Positions 47,180-54,641 of a DNA stretch of 64,000 nucleotides are shown here, piece by piece. The DNA lies in IMG/VR virus record IMGVR_UViG_3300023184_000026, positions 233,259 to 297,258 of that record; one strand, 5' to 3'. Every line of letters starts with the position of its first letter. The stretch's first letter is position 1. The notes below the pieces were generated by a model. That model was not told the DNA's origin, ran no database searches, and saw only the letters and a list, made by a program, of their open reading frames with translations. The position numbers and the translations under genes were made by a program.

Positions 47180-48793
47180 ATGTCAATTAAATCATTACTA
47201 ACTGAGACAACCAATCCAATGGTTAAGCTCATGACCGAAACTCGCGGTCTTGTCTCCAAGTGGGAAAAGACCGGACTTCTAGAAGGCATCAAGAGCGACA
47301 TGGAAAAGTCACACATGTCCATCCTTCTGGAAAATCAAGCAAAACAACTGATCGACGAAGCAACCCGCACGGGTACTTCATCGAACTCCGAACAATGGGC
47401 TGGCGTTGCTCTCCCACTAGTTCGCCGTGTTTTCGCAGAAATCGCCGCGAAGGAATTCGTGTCGGTTCAACCAATGAATCTTCCTTCTGGTCTGGTGTTC
47501 TATCTGGACTTCAAGTATGGTTCTGGCCAATCTGGCAAGCCAAGTTTCAAGGACAATTCTTTGTTCGGTGGAACAGGTACTAAATTGGGTTCTACCGACA
47601 GCGCAACCAACGGTCTATATGGCCAAGGTCGTTTCGGTTACACCATCAATGATGTTCTCGCAACACCAGCTATGGTCACAGGTTCTCTTAGCACAGCAAA
47701 TGCTCCAACTTGGGAAAACATCAACTTCACTGAAGAACTGAGTGCTTCATTGTCAAACGGCGGAATCCAATCCGTTACTGTATCGTTGAGTGGAACAAAC
47801 TTCGACGCCAATGGCGCTCGTGCGTTTACCGTTTCTGGTTCGGGCATCGTCGATTTCTATCCTGCGTTTACACGAGTTTCTGGTACAAGCGTAATCTTTT
47901 ACGTTTCTGGATCAGCCATCAGTGGAAACTCTCTGGTTGGATATCACAAACAACCGGGCGACGCAAGTCGTGGCGACTTCGAAGATAAAGGTGACGGATT
48001 GCCAAACACCACGGGTGTTGCGGACGACATCGGAATTCCAGAAGTTAACTTGGAACTGAAGAGCGAAGCTATTGTAGCTAAGACCCGCAAGCTGAAAGCC
48101 GTCTGGACACCAGAATTGGCCCAAGACTTGAATGCATACCACAGCATCGATGCTGAAGCCGAATTGACGGCTCTTCTATCGGAATACGTTTCAATGGAAA
48201 TCGACCTAGAAATCCTTGACATGTTGATCACCAATGCTCCGGCGACCACAACCGACTTCTGGTCTGCACGCATTGGATCTGAATATGACGTGACAACCCG
48301 TCTGTTCAAGGACACAGCTGCTAACCGCACTGCATATGTCAAGAGCACATGGTTCCAAACCTTGGGCAACAAGATCCAAAAGGTCTCGAACAAGATTCAC
48401 CAATTGACACTGCGCGGTGGTGCAAACTTCCTAGTTTGCTCCCCAGACGTTGCTACAATCATTGAATCCATTCCAGGCTTCAGCACCAACACGGACGGCG
48501 ACCAAGCCAAGTTCGCAATGGGTGTGGCCAAAGTTGGCGCTCTGAGCAACCGTTGGACAGTATACAAGAACCCATACATGACAGACAATGTTATGTTGGT
48601 AGGTTTCCGTGGAACAAACTTCCTAGAAACCGGCGCTGTGTACGCTCCATACATCCCACTGATTCAAACACCGTTGGTGTATGACCCAGTGAACTTTACA
48701 CCACGTCGTGGCGTAATGACACGTTATGCCAAGAAGATGATAAGACCTGAGTTCTACGGCAAGATCATCATTGGCAACTTAAACGAAGTCTAA
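47180..48793 (+). CDS. gp23: Major capsid protein, T4 gp23-like
   Basis: FVSVQPMNLPSGLVFYLDFKY; AKTRKLKAVWTPELAQDL..H.IDAEAEL; YAPYIPL..FTPRRGVMTRYA. Confidence 0.97.
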   Translation: MSIKSLLTETTNPMVKLMTETRGLVSKWEKTGLLEGIKSDMEKSHMSILLENQAKQLIDEATRTGTSSNSEQWAGVALPLVRRVFAEIAAKEFVSVQPMNLPSGLVFYLDFKYGSGQSGKPSFKDNSLFGGTGTKLGSTDSATNGLYGQGRFGYTINDVLATPAMVTGSLSTANAPTWENINFTEELSASLSNGGIQSVTVSLSGTNFDANGARAFTVSGSGIVDFYPAFTRVSGTSVIFYVSGSAISGNSLVGYHKQPGDASRGDFEDKGDGLPNTTGVADDIGIPEVNLELKSEAIVAKTRKLKAVWTPELAQDLNAYHSIDAEAELTALLSEYVSMEIDLEILDMLITNAPATTTDFWSARIGSEYDVTTRLFKDTAANRTAYVKSTWFQTLGNKIQKVSNKIHQLTLRGGANFLVCSPDVATIIESIPGFSTNTDGDQAKFAMGVAKVGALSNRWTVYKNPYMTDNVMLVGFRGTNFLETGAVYAPYIPLIQTPLVYDPVNFTPRRGVMTRYAKKMIRPEFYGKIIIGNLNEV

Positions 48794-48821
48794 TCTTTAG
48801 ACTGAAAATCAATGCTATCAG

Positions 48822-48852
48822 AGGGGCCACTCTTTCGAGTGGCCCCTTTTTT
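48822..48852 (+). terminator. Rho-independent terminator after the MCP gene
   Basis: AGGGGCCACTC-TTTC-GAGTGGCCCCT perfect 11-bp stem followed by a T run. Confidence 0.92.
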
Positions 48853-48906
48853 GTCAAAATATTTTGATGTTTGAGATTTATGATTGATATATATAGATAT
48901 AATTCT

Positions 48907-49659
48907 ATGGATAAATCAGGCATATATAAAATAACAAACATCATAAATGGCAAATTCTACATCGGATCTTCTATTGATATATCACGCAGATTAAATGCTC
49001 ACAAATCAATGTTGATAAATAACACACATCGAAACCCGATATTGCAGCGGGCATGGAATAAATATGGCTCTGACAAATTTACATTTGAGATAATAGAAGA
49101 ATGTGCCAATGACCAAAAAATTTGTTTTGAACGAGAACAATATTACTTGGATTTGTTGAAACCATATTTGGCAATTGGATATAATATAGAAACGAAGGCT
49201 TCGGGGGGTGATACTTTTACTCTCAATCCAAACAAAGAAGCTATACGAGAAAAGATGCGTATATTGAACGCGGGTGATAAGAATGGAATGTTTGGCAGAA
49301 CTCACAATGATTCTACAAAAAATGGAATGAAAAACAAAGCAAAGGGTCGTTTTTCTCTTGAATGGTTTGTAGAACGAAATGGTCAAGAATTTGGTACTCA
49401 AAAATATCAAGAACGTCGTAAAATGCTATCATCTCGTAAAATCAATTATAAACACGATAATGGGCTAAAAGGAAAATCACGTGTGGTTGAATCTACCAGA
49501 GGTTCTAGTGTAAGTCGTGGAAGAAATGCACTAAAAGGTAGAAAAGAAGAATTTTTACTTGATATATCTAATCAAGAAATATCCAGTAAACAGATTGCTG
49601 ATAAATATACAATATCAACTGCGGCAGTAAAGTATCACAGAAACAAGTTGAAAAAGTAA
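48907..49659 (+). mobile_element. Free-standing GIY-YIG homing endonuclease (Seg-like) with NUMOD3-like and HTH segments
   Basis: SGIYKITNIINGKFYIGSS..RL..H..REQYYLD; NGMFGRTH; C-terminal KQIADKYTISTAAV; start placed at ATG 48907. Confidence 0.85.
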
Positions 49660-49684
49660 CCGTATATATAATATATATTGTACC

Positions 49685-50479
49685 ATGCTTATGAAGAAAA
49701 TATATTACTATTCATTGTGTTTGTTAACATTGGTTACTGTTTTGGTTGCCAATCCAATTGATGACAAGGCATCTCAATTTGTTGTGAATGGTGCGCCAAT
49801 CAGCAAAATTGTAAAAGATACTCAGTATATAATCAAAAAGAATTATGCTATACATTATCGCTATGATACCAAAACAGCTGAGTATGTTGTAGAACATCCA
49901 ACACTTGAAAAGATTAATGGAAAATCAAAACGTAAAGATGATTTTAGACCAGATCCAGAAATAGCAAAGCAACATCAATCATTATTAAGTGATTATTCCG
50001 GTCAACCATTTGATCGCGGCCATCTTGTGCCTGCTGGAGACAATACTCAAAATGATGATGTTATGAGTGAAAGTTTTTTTCTTTCTAATATGGTTCCTCA
50101 AGTTCCAAATCATAATAGAGGAATTTGGAAACAATTGGAAACTGCTGTCAGAAACTGGGTAATTGAAGGCAAAGATGTGTATGTTATAACTGGCACATTT
50201 TATAACAAAGGATATAAAGAAATTGGTAATAACAAAGTTGGTATTCCAGATTATATGTGGAAAGTTATTGTAGATGCAAAGTCAAATAAAGCTATTGCAT
50301 TTATGTTTCCCAATGCTCCACTACCCGTTGAAGACCTTCATAAATATATTGTATCCATATCAGAGATAGAAGTCAAGACTGGAATAAATTTCAATCCAAA
50401 ATTATCAGAAAAACAACAAAATGAATTGGAAAAGTCAAAAGCAGATCAAAAAGATTGGTCTAGCTTAACAAAGAAATAA
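49685..50479 (+). CDS. DNA/RNA non-specific endonuclease (NucA/Serratia family) with N-terminal signal peptide
   Basis: FDRGHLVPAGD, SFFLSNMVPQ, NRGIWKQLE motifs; MKKIYYYSLCLLTLVTVLVA leader. Confidence 0.9.
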   Translation: MLMKKIYYYSLCLLTLVTVLVANPIDDKASQFVVNGAPISKIVKDTQYIIKKNYAIHYRYDTKTAEYVVEHPTLEKINGKSKRKDDFRPDPEIAKQHQSLLSDYSGQPFDRGHLVPAGDNTQNDDVMSESFFLSNMVPQVPNHNRGIWKQLETAVRNWVIEGKDVYVITGTFYNKGYKEIGNNKVGIPDYMWKVIVDAKSNKAIAFMFPNAPLPVEDLHKYIVSISEIEVKTGINFNPKLSEKQQNELEKSKADQKDWSSLTKK

Positions 50480-50480
50480 T

Positions 50481-51140
50481 TTAACCAGCTGCTTTAAATA
50501 CAGCAGCGTTCCAGTCCATACGTTTTTTTACACCACGATTGTTTGTGCTGCGATATTCTCCGTGGTTTAAATATTCCTTTGCAGCATCAGCAAACTTGTT
50601 TTGGTTCAACAACTTTATTGTTTTTGGTCCTATATCACCGCGATATAATGCATTGATTGTTGCAATTCTCACGGTCAATGGCAAACTATCAAATTTTTCT
50701 ATATGTTTTTTAGCAACATCAATCTTTTTATTAGCGTCTTTTTCAAGTAATTTCAATGCATCATCGTCAGTTATTCCCTTGCTAAAATCTTCATTTGGTT
50801 GAATTTTGTGACCATAAGCAATTGTGTCACTGCCACCTTCAACACTTTTATGTGGAAACCACAATTTCTTGACTTTATTATATCCACCTTTTGGATTGTT
50901 GATGTTGTTTTCAAATTGCTTGATTATATTCACAGCGCGAGTATTTAAGTTGCCTGTGTCTCCAGTATCGCTAAAATCAATATTATGCTGAGTATATGGC
51001 TTTCCTGCACCATCCCCTGCTGGCTGTGCATATGCATGTTGTGCGGGTGGCATAACAAACGTTACTGGAGGCGGTTGGTCTGCCATGGCTTCTTTTAATT
51101 GAATTTCATGCAACAAATCTCTCAGCTTTATTATACTCAT
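50481..51140 (-). CDS. GH24/T4-lysozyme-like muramidase with N-terminal extension
   Basis: IIKQFE...EGGSDTIAYGH..GITDDDALKLLEKD..FADAAKEY; N-terminus MSIIKLRDLLHEIQLKE-A; the only substantial minus-strand gene. Confidence 0.75.
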   Translation of the reverse strand: MSIIKLRDLLHEIQLKEAMADQPPPVTFVMPPAQHAYAQPAGDGAGKPYTQHNIDFSDTGDTGNLNTRAVNIIKQFENNINNPKGGYNKVKKLWFPHKSVEGGSDTIAYGHKIQPNEDFSKGITDDDALKLLEKDANKKIDVAKKHIEKFDSLPLTVRIATINALYRGDIGPKTIKLLNQNKFADAAKEYLNHGEYRSTNNRGVKKRMDWNAAVFKAAG

Positions 51141-51144
51141 ATAT

Positions 51145-51152
51145 TATAAATA
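51145..51152 (-). promoter_or_regulatory. TATTTATA putative late motif on the minus strand
   Basis: 4 nt before the lysozyme start codon (51140). Confidence 0.55.
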
Positions 51153-51214
51153 TAAGCCAGCCGGTTATTATCCTTCTATAATAAATATTGCGGCACAAAC
51201 ACACAGCATCTACA

Positions 51215-51222
51215 TATTTATA
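51215..51222 (+). promoter_or_regulatory. TATTTATA putative late-promoter motif
   Basis: 4 nt before ATG 51227. Confidence 0.55.
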
Positions 51223-51226
51223 TAAT

Positions 51227-52444
51227 ATGGCAGATACATCGATTAATTACAATATTGACCAAGATAGAAACCGCTGGCCCGGTTCTGGTTCCTTAATCAC
51301 AACCGGCAGCACTCCATTTGGTTTTTATGAAACCGACTTGCAGTTCAAAATAGAAGCACCAAATGCTGCAAAATGGGCAGCAACTCGTTTGGGCTATCCT
51401 ATTGTTGATATTGAAATGATAGATGTAAATTTTTATGCATGTTTTGAAGAAGCTGTGAATGAATATGGCGCACAAGTAAATCAATTTAATATTCGTAATA
51501 ATATTGGTGTATTACAGGGTAGTAATGCAAATGTAAATCTTACTCAAACAAATGTGGCTGGAAGCGGATTGCCACAACTCATAAAATTGACACAAGGTTA
51601 TGGTACAGAATTTGGTGTGGGTGGAAATGTTGATTGGAAAAAAGGTTATGTTCATGTGCAACAAGGACAACAATCATATGACCTGCAAGCATTGTGGGGA
51701 GATGTGAGTGAAAGTTTTGATAGAATTGAAATTCGCAGAATTTTTCACAATGCTCCTCCGGCGGCTGCTCGTATATATGATCCATTCAGCATGACAGGCA
51801 TGAGCTATAGTAATGTTCTTAATGAAATGGGATTTGCTGGTTATTCTCCCGCTACTCAATTCTTGATGACTCCAATCTTTGAAGACTTGCTGCGCATGCA
51901 AGCAATTGAATTCAATGACTTGGTACGTAAATCCGGATATGGATTTGAACTTGTAAATAATAAAGTTAAAATATTTCCAATTCCTACATATGATTTTAAG
52001 ATGTATTTTGAATATCTGCTTGTTAAAGACAGAGATAGTCAGGGCATTTATAACTCCGGTTCATTTTACAATTCAAGTGGATCGTATATTGGCTCAAATA
52101 CTATTGGTGATTATAGTAATGTTCCGTATAATAATATTCCATACAGTGGCATCAACAGTGTTGGCAAGCAATGGATTCGTAAATACTTTTTAGCATTGTG
52201 CAAAGAACTGCTGGGAAGTGTTCGTCAAAAATATTCAACCATTCCAATACCTGGTGCAGAAGTTACATTGGATGGTGCCGAATTGAGACAAGAAGCATCT
52301 GCTGAAAAAACAGATTTGATTACACAGTTGAGAGAGAATTTGGAAGCAACAGGTCGCAAAGCTCAAATGGAATTGCGTGCAGAAGAGTCTCGACAAATTC
52401 AAGAAACACTTACGCGCGTTCCAATGGGAATTTATATTGGTTAA
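51227..52444 (+). CDS. gp13: Neck protein, T4 gp13-like
   Basis: RLGYPIVDIEM..ACFEEAV; WIRKYFLALCKELLGSVRQKY..GAEVTLDG..L; start placed at ATG 51227 (MADTS), 4 nt after TATTTATA. Confidence 0.8.
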   Translation: MADTSINYNIDQDRNRWPGSGSLITTGSTPFGFYETDLQFKIEAPNAAKWAATRLGYPIVDIEMIDVNFYACFEEAVNEYGAQVNQFNIRNNIGVLQGSNANVNLTQTNVAGSGLPQLIKLTQGYGTEFGVGGNVDWKKGYVHVQQGQQSYDLQALWGDVSESFDRIEIRRIFHNAPPAAARIYDPFSMTGMSYSNVLNEMGFAGYSPATQFLMTPIFEDLLRMQAIEFNDLVRKSGYGFELVNNKVKIFPIPTYDFKMYFEYLLVKDRDSQGIYNSGSFYNSSGSYIGSNTIGDYSNVPYNNIPYSGINSVGKQWIRKYFLALCKELLGSVRQKYSTIPIPGAEVTLDGAELRQEASAEKTDLITQLRENLEATGRKAQMELRAEESRQIQETLTRVPMGIYIG

Positions 52445-52447
52445 AAA

Positions 52448-52855
52448 ATGAAACCTTTTTCTATATTAGATCAGATATTTTCTAAAAATGAACGAAGACA
52501 TCTCAAGCATGTTGGTATAAAAAAAACATTAAAGCCAAGTTCAAATTTCACATCTCTTGAAATAAAATATTACGCTATGCTCAAAGAAATTGGAGTTTAT
52601 TATGTTCCTCAATATCCAATGGGTGGTAGATTTTATGATGCTTATTTACCAGATGAAAATATTTTATTTGAATTTGATGGATCTTTTTGGCATCCAAAGA
52701 ATGAAGCGGCGTGTAAATATCCATTTCAAAAAAGAAGTATTGTGGTTGATAAGTTGAAGAATGAAATGGCACTTAAAAAAGGAATCAAAATAATTCGCAT
52801 CCGAGAAGATGAGCCTATTACAACAGAACAAATGAAGGGTCTTATATGGGATTAA
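52448..52855 (+). CDS. Vsr/DUF559-like PD-(D/E)xK endonuclease
   Basis: SLEIKYYAML..QY..FYDAYLPDENILFEFDGSFWH..DKLKN..GIKIIRIRE. Confidence 0.8.
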   Translation: MKPFSILDQIFSKNERRHLKHVGIKKTLKPSSNFTSLEIKYYAMLKEIGVYYVPQYPMGGRFYDAYLPDENILFEFDGSFWHPKNEAACKYPFQKRSIVVDKLKNEMALKKGIKIIRIREDEPITTEQMKGLIWD

Positions 52856-53319
52856 GAGGTAGATATTTCTCACAAAGAGATTTAAACTTGATTGCACAGT
52901 TCAACGGTGAACTCATGGGCGATATTATTGAAAATCTAATTCAGATATTTAAAATTGCGCCAAATGAAACAAAAACAAATATATATGGTGAAACTGCCGC
53001 AGAAACTGGTAAATGGTATTTTCCAGCTATTCAAATATCCGCACTTATAGAAAGATCCGAAATGACTGCTGAGATGGACGACTTTGGACCAAGTCGTAAT
53101 CAAGATCATATATTCAAAATGCGTGAAAAAATGCTGCGTCAATTGGAATTTTATCCAGAAATTGGCGACGTAGTATCTTGGAATGATAGATATTATGAAA
53201 TTGATAATGTAATACAAGAACAACTACTTGGCGGTCAGGCTGAAAAGAGTCATAGCATTATTTGCAATACTCACTACACAAAATATACATCACTCAATAT
53301 AATGGAGAGAAATAATTAA
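52846..53319 (+). CDS. gp14: Head-completion/neck protein, T4 gp14-like
   Basis: TNIYGE..D.FG..YPEIGDVV..YYEI; position between gp13-like and gp15-like genes. Confidence 0.6.
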   Translation: MGLRGRYFSQRDLNLIAQFNGELMGDIIENLIQIFKIAPNETKTNIYGETAAETGKWYFPAIQISALIERSEMTAEMDDFGPSRNQDHIFKMREKMLRQLEFYPEIGDVVSWNDRYYEIDNVIQEQLLGGQAEKSHSIICNTHYTKYTSLNIMERNN

Positions 53320-53324
53320 TATTT

Positions 53325-54641
53325 ATGGCATGGCGTGGACCAACAGTTAAACCGATACTAAATAGACCACCGAACAAAGTAAGTTCTGGTCCAGAAATGT
53401 CGGACAAGAAACAGGAAGTTTCATCAATTTCCGGACCACCTATATTTGGTCCAGAAGCAAATCGTGGCAGAGAACATAATATTCGAAGAGACACTGATGA
53501 TAGAAAAGATTTTGCCATCAAACTCATAGATATTGATGCGGCCATACTTGGTCATATGGACAATGTTATAAGTCCAACGATAGTAGATTCTGGCAGACAG
53601 ATAAAAGTTCCTATAAATTATGCTTCTCCGGAACGCTGGAAAGCTATTCGCAAAGATGGCTCACTTCGCGACAAAAATGGAAAAGTACAAACTCCTGCTA
53701 TTGCATTTCGTCGCAGCACTGTGCAAAGAAACGACAATTTGATAACATTAAATCGCTATCTTCAATATCCAGTGATGAGAAAGTTCAGCGAAAAAAATAA
53801 ATATGACAAATTTTCAGTAATGAACGGATTTGCGCCACGAAAAGAAATTTATAGTGTGGCAATGCCAGATCATGTGATAATAAATTACGAATTTATCATC
53901 TGGACAGAATTGGTTGAACAATGCAACTCAGTCATAGAAGCAATAAATTTTGCTACTGAAGATTACTGGGGAGATAAAAATAGATTTAAATTCAGAACAA
54001 GCATCAGCGATTATAATTTTGAAACAACAAATGATGCTGGTCAAGACAGAATTGTCAAAGCTACTTTTGGTTTAATATGCAATGCATATCTACTTCCGGA
54101 AAAATTTGAGAATTATAAATCTACTACACAAAAAGCATTTACACCAAGAAAAGTTGTATTTGATGTTCATGAAAAGATTATGAATGGAACAGCCGAAAGA
54201 GCCGTCGGTGCAGCTGTTTCTATTAATGATGGTAATACAATTCCGGCTGTGATATCACCAACCATAACTTATAATATTATAAATCAAAACAGTACATTGG
54301 AAGTATTGAATATTGTTGGTGGAGGAGATGGTGGAGCTACTGGATCATTCACCGCAAACTCTGTAACAATTTCTGGTTCTGCTGATATAGATTCTCAATT
54401 GATTGGTGATGGAAATGCAGCAAGATGGTTGGTTTCTATTTCTAATGGATCTGACATCAAAGTTAATGAAGTTATGTCAAGTTGGAACAATGTGTCTTCC
54501 AGTTTTTATGTAACAGAAGTAAGTCAAATTGGATATGTGCCAGTATCATTATCTGTAAATAATGTGGGTGGTAGCATACACTTGTTGGCCACTCCTTTAT
54601 CTGGAACATGGACACTTAAATATATAAAGATGGTTGTATGA
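53325..54641 (+). CDS. gp15: Tail completion/sheath stabiliser (gp15-like) with C-terminal beta-rich extension
   Basis: IKVPINYASPERW..TPAIAFRR..INYEFIIWT..QCNSVIEAI; extension from ~54230. Confidence 0.6.
   Translation: MAWRGPTVKPILNRPPNKVSSGPEMSDKKQEVSSISGPPIFGPEANRGREHNIRRDTDDRKDFAIKLIDIDAAILGHMDNVISPTIVDSGRQIKVPINYASPERWKAIRKDGSLRDKNGKVQTPAIAFRRSTVQRNDNLITLNRYLQYPVMRKFSEKNKYDKFSVMNGFAPRKEIYSVAMPDHVIINYEFIIWTELVEQCNSVIEAINFATEDYWGDKNRFKFRTSISDYNFETTNDAGQDRIVKATFGLICNAYLLPEKFENYKSTTQKAFTPRKVVFDVHEKIMNGTAERAVGAAVSINDGNTIPAVISPTITYNIINQNSTLEVLNIVGGGDGGATGSFTANSVTISGSADIDSQLIGDGNAARWLVSISNGSDIKVNEVMSSWNNVSSSFYVTEVSQIGYVPVSLSVNNVGGSIHLLATPLSGTWTLKYIKMVV

Noticed and set aside
36524-48793. Introns or inteins in terL, portal, protease or MCP
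   Set aside because: All are continuous ORFs of expected length with no intein splice motifs; the GIY-YIG gene lies outside, after the terminator
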